A stretch of 64,000 bases of DNA from Gracilinanus agilis (lineage: Eukaryota). A program made the position numbers and the translations under genes. The notes under the pieces were generated by a model. That model was not told the origin of the DNA, ran no database searches, and saw only the letters and a program-made list of their open reading frames with translations. The number at the start of each line of letters is the position of its first letter. Position 1 is the first letter of the stretch. Below, piece after piece: positions 23,168 through 35,410 of this stretch. The stretch is taken from positions 212,644,132 to 212,708,131 of the forward strand of contig NC_058133.1 in the NCBI RefSeq assembly GCF_016433145.1, written 5' to 3'.

Positions 23168-26100
23168 CTGTAAAATGTCATCCGATTTTGACTTCTTTGC
23201 CCTAGAAATCTAATTTCATTCTCTCCTCCCACCAGATTTTCACAGAAGAGGGACAATTTGATAACTAAGGTGGTGAAAGTTCCCCAAGATGGGCTAGAGC
23301 GTAGTCATATTCTAGGCAATAAAAAATGGCTTAGGCAACACATTGGACATCTATCATGTAAACCCTGGCACAAAATCCTTTCCAAAGATTTGAGAACAAC
23401 ATTTTCAACAGGCTGGGGTTTCCATGAACTGTGACAGTAGACTTTGGCCTATTAAGGAATCTCATAATTCTTATATATTGAGTAATTTTGCAGTTATGTC
23501 AGTTTTGTTTTGCCCACATCACAGTTATCTCAGTTGAAATTTCCAATATGCCCATCCCCTCACCCTGTAGTCTCCCTTGTATGCTCTCAACACCTTCTTC
23601 AAATCTATATTTTTCATTTGTCTCATCTCAATGCCACTCAAGTCCTTGTCCTCATACCATACCAAGCTCTTTCCCTACAGCCTCAACTAACTGAGCACCA
23701 AGCAACCTCTCAACTTCTTAGTAGATCAAATATTTAGAGTTGGAAAAGACCTGAACAATCATCTCAGATCAATCTTCATATTTTAAAGATGAAGGAGTGA
23801 AGCCCAGAGGTTAAGTGACTTAACCAAATGGTCACCCAGGTAGTAAATGGCAGAGCTAGGATTCCGTCCCAGGTTCTCTGACCTGTGGAGTCCTATCGAG
23901 TTGCCTGAGCCACAGAAAGATGTAGTAATTTGCCAGGGTCACAGAGCTCATGAGTATCAGAGGCAAAAGCCAACATCATCATCAACACTTTACCTAAAAC
24001 AATATTACTTTAATGTACTACAGCATTAAGAAATGCTGTTGGTCATTATATTTTCTACACAGCTAAGCTATTTCACTTTCACTTAACTAGTAACCATTAC
24101 TTTTTCTATCTTATTTCCATCTGGAAATCAAGCCAGCAATTATTTCCTATCCATATATCATACATGATGCATACATAAATAAATGCAGATGCATCAACTT
24201 TGCAAAGGAGAAGTTTGTTTTTCCTGGACCTAGATTCATCTTTGTCCTACATCCTTTTTAACCACATGAAATAAGTAGAAAGCATTTTCCTTTGATAACT
24301 TATGATCCAATCTTGTCTATGGCAAATTACTATCAGCAGCATCATAGCTGGAAATTGTGTAAATTAATTCAATAAGGTATAGTGTGATATCTCTGAAGAA
24401 CTTCACAGGGCAGATAAAAACTACTAGGCAAGAACAAGTTATCATCAAAAGTCACAATGAAGAAAGTTATGATGAGCTCCAAGAAATATGACCTGAAACC
24501 ATGACAGTGGCAGAAATGAAACTAGCCAGATGAGAAAAGAGTCAATGGGAAAAGGAAGACTATATCTTGGAGAGTGTGTGTTTGTTGTCTGTCTGTCTGT
24601 CTGTGTCTGTCTGTGTAACAATTTTATTACAAAGGCCAAGAATATCCCAGCTCCCAGATCTCTTCCAATCATGTGTGCCTTACTGAATCAAACTATGGGC
24701 CCCATTTCCATTTTCATAACCGCTACTGATTACTTAAACTTTGCAACCTGTTTACTCCCTTGGGACAATACAGAACTGCCACATTTTCTAACTGCCAATG
24801 CATTTTGCCTTTCCTATCTCATGGTCGCTCAACTCTTGGCATTTGAGTCCTTTCTCTAGATTCCAATAAAAGCAATATGCACATTAAGTATACAGACCAA
24901 CCTAAATATACCACTCTGCAAGGTGACCTGGGACCTACAGTAGGAAATGGAACACCTAGCCTGACCCCCTAATTCTCTGTCACTGGCCTGATCTCTCCTG
25001 CAGTGATTTTTTTTTAAATCAGACTCTAGGAGCACAGCCTTAGCAATGACACATTGTACCAGGAATTTCTTCCCTCTATTAAGCTTTGAAAAGCCTGATA
25101 CCCTTTTTCTGTGCATTCCACTTAGAGCCTAGTCTCCTACCCTCGAATTATCTGGGTCCTAAGAAGTTGCCTATATATCCTAAGTTCTAGAAGCCTGGGC
25201 TCCTGGATTCTAAAACACATCCACAGAGTCCCTTTGGATCCAGGAGCCCTGAATGTCACCAAATCCCAAAAATAATTTCTTTGATCTTAAACCTGTTCTT
25301 GTTGAAAAAAATCTCAGAACCATGCACATTCCCTCTGAATCTTCTCTTTTTCTTGAGCCTTGGACACTTATTTTTTCTAAGTCCTGCCTTTATATCTTTC
25401 TAAGCCTATAAAAACTAGGGTTTGTTTGATTTTTCTGAACTTCTGGGAGTGGTCCCTGGACCCTATCTCTTCTGACCTATGATCTATGACCAACCAAGTC
25501 TGCCTCTCTATATCCAAGCCTCTGCAAACTTAACTCGCATTTTTCTGGAACCAAAAGAAGCTTCTTTCATTCACTAAAAATTTCCTTCTGTTCCTGCTCA
25601 CCAAAATTACAGGAACAGGTTTTGGTACTTCCCTAACCCCAGCAAGACACTAACTTGGCAGAATCATGAAATCTAGCTTCAGTTAGTCCTTCATGATCCA
25701 CCTGGCCTGAATGCTCCTAGAAAGAATTAACTAGTCTCCAAGGTTTTTGTTCTACTCTGAACTCACTTTTCAATCTCTTAAAATTCCAAGGCCATTGCTC
25801 CACCAAAACTGTTCTCTCCTTACTCTTTATAGTTTTCTTTGCTAGTTTATCATTCATCTTTTGTTTCCTAAGCATGAATATCACTCAAAATTCTCTTCTT
25901 CTTCAAAATACTCTTTCCTTGATATCTACCAATTTCTAAACAGTAGTACTACCCAAGGAATCAATCAGTATTAGCCTTTTGAAATGGCAATGCCTCCAGA
26001 GGTGTCAGCCTATTACCCACTAAGAGATGTTTCTAATCCTTGCATATATTCTAAACAAATCAACTTGGTTTATAGAGGAGCCAATGATCACTGTCAATAA

Positions 26101-26523
26101 AGTCCCATGGGTCAGCACTGACCTCTAAATCAACCAGTTATAAAATCAAACTGAAGTTCCAGAATTTTTGAAGGTATTAGTTATTTAGGAGTAGCCCCTG
26201 CACCTGCTACCACAGTTCCTGAGTTTCCACCAGAATCCAAGATGGAAAAGATCCCATCTTTCTCAATGTTGATCCAAAAACATGAGAACTTGCTGTGATG
26301 GCACCAAAGTTAACCTTGGTTAACCTAGAGCAGGTATCAGAAACCATCAAAATGATCTAAGAATGAGACATAAAAGGAAGTTATTCTGTCTCAGTGGAGA
26401 AACTTGGTCTTCTTTAGAAATCAAGCTATATATATGATATCACCACACTGTAAGTGGATAGGGGTTTGATTAAAGTTTTGATTAAAGCATCTGCTGAGAG
26501 TTCCCTCAAAAATATGTATGGCA

Positions 26524-26716
26524 GGGGCAGCTGGGTAGCTCAGTGGAGTGAGAGTCAGGCCTAGAGACAGGAGGTCCTAGGTTCAAACCCGGCCTCAGCC
26601 ACTTCCCAGCTGTGTGACCCTGGGCAAGTCACTTGACCCCCATTGCCCACCCTTACCAATCTTCCACCTATGAGACAATATACCAAAGTACAAGGGTTTA
26701 AAAAAAAAATTTTTTT
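26524..26716 (+). mobile_element. Young SINE-1 subfamily copy (ccaatcttccacctatgagacaat tail) with 13-nt TSD aatatgtatggca
   Basis: TSD at 26511-26523 and 26717-26729. Confidence 0.95.
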
Positions 26717-29011
26717 AATATGTATGGCATTAAGTGCAGTTTCCAACTCAAATATTTGAATATTAATAGGACTCTAATTAGAAAAGATAAAGAATATGGT
26801 TTTAGTCCCCTACCTTGGAATTCATTTTTGTTTGTTTTGTTTTAAACCATATTATTCCATCTTAGAGTCAATATTGTAAATTGGTTCCAAGGTAGAAAAG
26901 TGATAAGGGCTGTGGGGGTTAGGCAATGGGGGTTAAATGACTTGCCTAGGGTCACACAGCTAGGAAATGTCTAAGGCCAGATTTAAACCCAGGACCTCCC
27001 GTCTCTAGGCCTGGCTCTCAATCAACTGAACCACCTAGATAACCTCTACCATGTAGTCTTTAATAAAGATCCAATCTGGTTTAGAGGAATAATTTGTCTG
27101 TTCATGACCTGTTTAATCTTATAATTTTGACCTCTTGACCTGCTCTAGTAAATGAAGGGGATTAGGGAAAGGCATACAGCTCTAGTCATTGTATTCATAA
27201 GCCTGAAGAATTATCTTCCTACTTCGATGTTTAAAGAGATCATCTCTATTCCAATCCAGTTACCAAGACTGAGCAGAAAGACCTTTACCTAAAAAAGGAA
27301 ATTTGACAATAACAATAACAATGACAATAACAATAACAACAATAATAATAATAGCTAACATTTATAAAGTGCTTACTATGTGCCAGGCACTGATAAGTAC
27401 TTGACAATTATCTCATTTTATCCTCATGACAATCCTGACTGGTAACTACCATTAACTCTACAAAGGGTGTTAGAACTCACAAAAAGGAGTCCCTTTCCCT
27501 GTTATAGGTAAACTATCACATATATTTACTATATAGTGAGGAAAAGTGGAAAGGAATTGGTAGTAGAGAGATTTGAGTTCTAGTCCTGCCTCCAGTATCA
27601 TGAACTATATGACCTGGAATAAATAATTACACTTTTCTGTACTTACTTATCTATGAAACAGGAGGAACACAACTGGTCCTGCTTGCATTATAGGGATAAT
27701 TTCATGATCAAATTGAAATAATTTATGTAGAAAAACTGCAAAGAGCTAATCAAATGTAAGAGAGCAGTATTATCAATAACATGGTGTTTTAAAAAGAGTT
27801 TAGGATCAAAACTTCAAAAGATGTATTATGTCAGAATCTTTGATATCTGTAGGTCCCAAGGGAAGACCTCCTCAGGAAGGTGAAAAAAATGACATTGGCT
27901 ATTAGTCTTCCTTTAATAATAAAACACCAAAATATAGACATTTGCTCTGTGGACTAAAATGTGGTAAATGTAAAAAAATGTGGTGCTTTGGAGGAGAGTA
28001 CAATCAAGTAAATAGCTCTTTAGGGGGAAAAAAAATCTTTGGTATTTCTAGAAAGCAAGAAATAGCTCAGATCTAAAATAGTACTTAAGGAGTATAAAGT
28101 ATTTTCCTTCCTTACAACAACTTTAAAAGGACAGCATTATAAATATTATCCCTATTAAGAAACTGAAGTTCTTAGAAGTTATTACCCAAGGTCACATGTG
28201 AAATACGTATTGGAGCTAGGATTCAAACCCAGCTTTCTTGGTCTCTAAGTACAATCCTTCTTCCTCCTCTTGAACCAAGTTATAAGAATTAACTTGGTTC
28301 AAACCTAATTATGAATTCCCTAAAATTTCTGCCAAAATGAAACAGAGGTATCTAAGAACATCGATGAAGAATCTTAGACCATAGACAGTACTTTGAAGCT
28401 TCTGATCAGGACCTGATAGAATAGTTCTTTTAAGGAAAACCAGGAAACTCTTTTGATTACAACTGCATAGTTTGGTCCAATTTCTAAAGGCATAGCTGTA
28501 TGAAAAGTTAAGGTCCAAGTTTAACAAGTAAGGAGTTGTTATCAGTTGACTAATTCATGAATCCCATATCTAGCTCTTCCAATTGGTTGTACTTATTTGG
28601 GAACTGACCCTAAAAGAAGGAGCAAATAAGAAGTCTCTGCCTCAGAAAAGGTCAGGCTTGATAGAAGTCCTATATTTTTTTTTTATCCAGGTGCTCTCTA
28701 ATTAGGGGGCCCAGATCCCTACTCCAAATAAGTTTGTGCCACATTCCACATTCATACTGTATACCCAGTATTTACTTTTCCTTCTCCTCCTCGTCCCTTA
28801 TTGATATTACCTGTCGTGGCTCTGGAAAATGGGCATAAGACTACTATTGTTTAAGGGGCAATAATAATTCTGTCAGCCACCTAAACTATCAGTGTGGAAA
28901 GGAGTGAAATCAGTAAAAATATAAATAAGAATTCAAAACTTTATTTGCTATCTACATCAATATAGAAACTTTTCAGAAGGGTTAAATATTTTAAATAATC
29001 TACTTATTTAC

Positions 29012-30446
29012 CATTTAAGAATCCTTCCATTTCTGGGAAGTTGTGGTGAGGTTTCTGGATATTAGTATTCCTCTGCTTAGGTTTCCTTGGTAATACTTTC
29101 AAATGTAGATACCCAGGATAAAGTTCTGGAAACCACTCTAGGCCCAGGGACCTATGTGGGCTCTTGTTGCCAGAGGCTTTGCCATGACCACTGGTTAAGT
29201 TTTTAGGAGCATCATGCCAGTCTGGGTTTATAGGTTGTTGATCAGAATCAGACTCTGAAGAAATTGATCTTTTACTTTCCGGTGGATTGTCTTGAATGAA
29301 CTGAGCCTGGTACTCATCTTCCTCTTCTTGTAGATATCTTAAAACCAAAGCAGAGAGACTTTGGTTACCAAATTCTGCCAAAGAAAGAAACTTTTCATTA
29401 GTTGGCCCCCTTGAAGACAACAAAGCTATATCATCATCATCATCATGGTAAGGTATCTTCTCCATAGCTAAGTCACTGTTATTCACATGCTTCCTAGGGC
29501 CATCTCTCACATAATCCAATTTCAGTACTTCTGCCTTAGGTGATTTATTAAAGTCTTCGAATCCTCTATTCAAACTCCCCTTTCTAGTTGCATCTAGCCC
29601 ACAGTGAAACTCCTTTTTCTTTGCTCCACGTTTGATGTGATAGTTCTCCATTCCCCCAATTTGGAGTGCCTTATACAAGTTATCTGTGAGGGGTGGTCCT
29701 ATGTTTCTTCTCTGGGTCTCAGAATTATTGACACTGGATGAGGTTTCTGAGATGGGGTCACTAGTTTTGGGGCCTCTCTCATTGTTTTGTAAAGTTGTAG
29801 AAGGATTTTGACTTCTTTCAAGACTAGGAAAACTTTGATTACTGAAAGACAAATCTAATGTTTCTGTCAGCATTTTCTGTCCTGGCTGCTCAATTTTGAT
29901 ATAATTGTGGAAGCTTGAAGAATATCTTTTATCTTCTTTAATAGAAGAACATTCAGAAGAGCTGCTTTCCCAATTTTCTGAAGGACTTTTGCTCTTGTCT
30001 TCCTTTGATTTGGGTAAATATTTTGTAAATTTTTTTGTTGCAGAAAGCTGAAGCCCATTCTTATCCGGAAAAAAAACCTTCCCTGGTCTAGGAGGAGTCT
30101 GTGTTATCTGGGGTGTATGTTTAATTTCCTTCTTCATGTCTTTACTTGTCTGCACATTGGTTCCCATTTTGAAGGCAGCAATATGTGGTTTATCTTTTAT
30201 GAGGTTTGTGTTTCTTCTCTTCCTTTGACTTTCTTTACATGCCTCTTCACCATCAGCATTAGCTTTGGCTGATTTTTTCCATAGCTCCTTTATTTTGGGG
30301 GCTTGGAGGACTGCTGCCTTGGAAGTAATGTTTGAATCAGAAAGAATAGGCCTTATCTTCTTACAGTAAGGCAAATGAGACTTTAATCGTTTAAATTGTT
30401 TCATACAGTAGGGACATAGCTCCATTTTGGTTAAGATGTCAGCCAT
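29012..30446 (-). CDS. C17orf80: C17orf80 (MTNAP1, mitochondrial nucleoid-associated protein) giant first coding exon, 1435 coding nt: MADILTKMELCPYCMKQFKRLKSHLPYCKK...GLEWFPELYPGYLHLKVLP...EMEGFLN
   Basis: ORF 29004..30548(-). Acceptor ctaatCAG|gaagATG puts the exon start at 30450 and the ATG at 30446. Donor aatg|GTAAAT at 29011. N-terminal CPYC..FKRLKSHLPYCK and the GLEWFPELYPGY motif match human C17orf80 (recalled). Confidence 0.93.
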
Positions 30447-31091
30447 CTTCCTGATTAGAAATATAAATGTGAATTTTATTATTATACAGAAAACAAACTT
30501 CCTTTTCATCCATTCAATTAAGTGTCTATTCATTCTCATCTTAAACATTAAGGAAATTAATTGGGATTTAATGACGATTCATTTTGCATTTTCGTGGAGG
30601 TAGAAAATAAATCGGTGGTTTAGTTTTTGTTTTAAAAATAAACTCAACCCTCTGCCTCTAACCTCAATGAGGAATTTTATATTTTTTCCTAAGGTCTTGT
30701 GGGAATCAACATCTACAGAAATTGATTAAGAGAATTTCCTTTTCACCCACAGTCTACCTTCAGTAAAATACTTAAGTGCCTTAGAGAGAAAAAAAGGATA
30801 AAAATCTTAAACTAATGAATGAGTAGATACATGAAAAAGGAAGAGAAAAATATATTTAAAACACAAACTAAACATGGGATTTATCATTAAGCAGTGAAGT
30901 ACACCAGCAGATATCAAGTAAACATTAAGACTTTAAGAATTATTAAATTTTCTTATTTAAAACATTAAATGCTATTATAACCAACTAAAAACTTTCTTAG
31001 TAATATTCATCTTTACATTAATACACATGAAGATTTTTAATAGCCCATCATTTCATCATTCAAGATGGAAAGAGAAGTATATGCCCTAAGA

Positions 31092-31512
31092 CAGTGATGG
31101 CAAACCTTTTAGTGATGGAGTGCTGGGCCCCACCCCCTCAGACCTTATGCCATGCCCCTCCTCACCACTGAATGCCAGGTGTGCCCTGCCCCCCCCCCCA
31201 ATTACCCCACACAGAGGAGAATGGAAGCACTCTCATTGGGCTGCTGGGTGGAGGGGCAGGTGATGTGAAAAAATGTCATCAGACACGGTGAAGAGGGGGA
31301 AGGGAGCAATTCCACCTGAGTCCCTCTGGCTTTTTAGTAATGAAGTGTGTGGGGGTGGGGGGCAATGTGCCCACAGAGAGCACTCTGCATGCCATCTTTT
31401 TTTTTTTTTTAAACCCTTACCTTCCATCTTGGAGTCAATACTGTGTATTGGCTCCAAGGCAGAAGAGTCTGCATGCCATCTTTGGCACCCATGCCATAGG
31501 TTCACCCTATGA
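31092..31512 (+). mobile_element. hAT-type MITE (cagtgatggcaaacct terminus, OposCharlie/OC1-like) interrupted by a SINE tail
   Basis: Left TIR cagtgatggcaaacct; degenerate right TIR aggttcaccctatg; internal cattgggctgctggg...ggtgatgtga core shared with other copies. Confidence 0.7.
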
Positions 31513-31809
31513 TTATAAAGCTGAATGGTATCAAGTTTTGGAATAGCAGATACCCTACTCTGATAAGTAATTAGTTTTGTGACACTGGACAAATTGCTTA
31601 ACTACTATGGGACCTAATTTCTCATCTATAAAATGAAAAGATTAAACTAGATAATTCCTAAGGTCTCTATTAACTTTAATATTGATTCAGGGATCCCAGG
31701 ATTTACAGATACTTATGTTTTCACATCAGTGGCATTTTTTCCCTCACCCAGATTTTCCAAATTTAAGGTGCAAATTTCTTTTGCCAATTATCATAATCAT
31801 TCCTTTTTT

Positions 31810-32002
31810 CTTTTCTTTTTTTTTTAAACCCTTGTACTTTGGTGTATTGTCTCATAGGTGGAAGATTGGTAAGGGTAGGCAATGGGGGTCAAGTGACTTG
31901 CCCAGGGTCACACAGCTAGGAAGTGGCTGAGGCCAGGTTTGAACCTAGGACCTCCTGTCTCTAGGCCTGACTCTCACTCCACTGAGCTACCCAGCTGCCC
32001 CC
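31810..32002 (-). mobile_element. Young SINE-1 subfamily copy with TSD tcattccttttt
   Basis: Reverse complement differs from the 26524 copy at only 4 positions by my alignment; TSD at 31797 and 32003. Confidence 0.95.
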
Positions 32003-33476
32003 TCATTCCTTTTTTCTTTAAGCAAAAACACATATCTAATCTATGTAAGGTATCATGGCTATAATTATTTCCAATTCAAAGGCAAGGATAAATGTTCTAC
32101 AGCTAGAAAATAGACAGTGGAGCAAGCAACTTAAATGAGAAATATAACAAAACCAGACAGACCAATCAATTCATTTATCAAAGTAATTCTATAACCCCTT
32201 CCTGGGTATCAAGTTAAAAAAAAAAAAAAACACTGCTGCCAAGAAAAAATGAGGTAGGAAAGGAACTTGGGAATAGTTTTTGGGGAAAAAAATAAGCTTG
32301 TTTTCCCAAGTGAAGATTTTCTCACAGATATTCAGTAGGTCTTTATTTAAATGCCCTATTATAAATAATGCTTCAAAATTACAAGTTGTGTAAGATTTAA
32401 GATTTGCAAAATGCTTTGAAATTGCCATCTTTTTCATTTTATTCCTACAACAATCCTGAGTAGAGACTGTTGTATACCCACTTTATAGATGAAGAAAAAT
32501 GAGGTTGAATTTAAGAAATTTATCCACAGTCACACCATTAACAAGTATCTGAGGCAGAATTTGAATTAAGGTCCTATCTCACTCCAAGTTCTACACACTA
32601 TCCACCATTTCCTTACTCTATCCTTACTAAAATATTGCCATCTGAGGCTACAGTCAACTTTCTATTATCCTTCACAACCTTCTCACCAAATGCCTCATCT
32701 CCCAAACCAAATGCCCCTGAAACAGCTTCTTGTTCTTTCTGATTGGTGACTGGTTTCTTGGTTAGGTATTGCAGAAAAAGCCCAGACATGTTTCAGTTCA
32801 CTATCCTCTCCAAACTAAAATAGCACAAATCATGATCAGATCAACTTTCTCAATGTTTCTGGATAGAATAGGTCAATCTCTTTCCCCAGTGGGTCCATTT
32901 GCCATTCCTATAACTTATCAGAGCAACGTGTTCTTGGGTCACCACTGCTCTATATGTATAGCTATCTGCCTTTAAAATGTAAGCTTCTTGAGAGCATGGA
33001 CTGTTTTGGCTTTTAATTTTTCATTCACGTACCAAGTTTGTTTTTTCAAACCTTTACCTTCTATCCTAGGAATAACTCTAAGACAGAAAGGCAAGAGCTA
33101 GGCAAACGGGTTAAGTGACTTGCCTACAGTCACACAGCTAGGAAGTGTCTGAAGCCAGATTTGAACCCAGGTCCTCCCCACTCCAGATCTGGTATGATCT
33201 ATGCTACCTAGCTGCTTCTTCAGCAAGTTTTAACAGCAAGGTTTCTTCTTGCCTTCCTCAGCATTCTTCCTATTCATCTTTTCCTAAATTATATTGGTCT
33301 ATTCTTGGAAAATTAAAACTAATTTCACCTGATGGCCAAGGAAATCATAATTAGGAAGATTACATCTAAATACAGAGAATAAGTGTACTTATGCCAGCTA
33401 AGTAGAATTTATTTTATATGGTCAGCTCTTGCTCTTTCACTATCACCAACTACCAAACATTTATTAAGCACTTAAG

Positions 33477-33678
33477 TAGTGATTGCAAACCTTTTGGAGA
33501 CCAAGTACCCAAAATGCAAATCTCACTAGTCATGTGATCCCACACCACACCCCTTAACCCTAGATAGGGGAGGGGAGGAAATACTTCCATTGGGCTGCTG
33601 GGCAGAAGGGTGGGTGATGTGAGAAATGTCCTTGGTCACTCCTGAAGAGGGGGAAGGAAGCAGCCCCATGGATTCACC
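33477..33678 (+). mobile_element. Partial copy of the same hAT-type MITE family
   Basis: tagtgattgcaaacctttt terminus and the shared internal core. Confidence 0.6.
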
Positions 33679-34760
33679 AACAGGGACCTATGTCCCAGAC
33701 AGGTTCTAAGACCAAAAAATCCAACAGTACATAGTCTCAAGGATTTCATTCTATTGGTGAAGACCACCCACTTTATGGATAGCATGCTGACATCATCTCC
33801 ATTATCAAGGAAAAATCCTTATATTTTTCTGTTTTTCTTCCCTTCCCTACATAAATTCCCTCACCCCATTTTCTTTCCTCCCCTCATCAAGTGATTCTTG
33901 AACTTCTTGTTGCTTCATGGAATCTAGCATTTTCAACCCCTCCCTTCTTTTCATTTTTTTTCCCTCCAATTTCATTCTCCCATTCATTTTCTATCTATTC
34001 TAAGGAAGGGAGGGGAGTACAAGTAACAACTGTGATGGAAAGAACGTAGGCTTTGGAGTATGTAAATCTGGGTTCGAGTACTGGTTTTGTTGTTACCTTG
34101 TGCAAGTCACATCTCACTGGGCCTCGATTTTCCCATATACAATGTTACTTACAAAGTTCTTTCTAGTTCTAAAGCCTAGGGCCCTAAAGAGCCTTCTCAG
34201 GTCTAGGATCCCTTCCTGTTTTGTAGGTTCATGGCTTCTACAAATCCACTGCCAGGGGAAGGCTGTTCTCAGCTTCGGGGAGTGGAAGGGGGATGGTTCT
34301 CAGAACCTGGACCACCCCCGGCTTTAAACTCTCAGGAAAGCGAGAGCTAAGATTCCAGGGGAGCTTGGCGATCAGCCCTCAGGGCTCCTCAGAACTCAGG
34401 CTTTCACTCTGAAGCCTCCCAGTTTCTCTTTTCGAGAATTTTGGAATCCCTGAAGCGTCTTCCCTTCAGGGAAACTCCATCTGCTACCTCCAGCTGCTCC
34501 TAAGGGGACTACAAAAAGGCCACCTCCCTCGTCGGCTGTCTTTTCAACTGCCTGATGGTTATGAACGTTTTCCTTTTCCAATCCCGCCCCATCACAAATT
34601 TAACTCCATTATTTATGCCAACCTTATGGATTTCGTGCGTATTTGTAACTTGGGAATGTGATCTGGGCGCACAATTTTCAGGAGAAGAACAGGCGAAAAT
34701 CCCGGGCACCCACATACAAAGACCTGTCTCTGCTCTTCCCCCACCTTTCCTGAAAGGTGA

Positions 34761-35410
<650 letters not shown>

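Noticed and set aside
30447-30548. N-terminal extension MFKMRMNRHL...FLIRK of the 514-aa ORF
   Set aside because: Intronic: AT-rich with an acceptor CAG at 30451-30453. Homology starts at MADILTKMELCPYC.
32680-32790. Possible non-coding C17orf80 5' UTR exon (minus-strand donor ttg|GTGAGA near 32685; another candidate caag|GTAACA near 34096)
   Set aside because: No frame or homology constraint to test against, and the acceptors are ambiguous.
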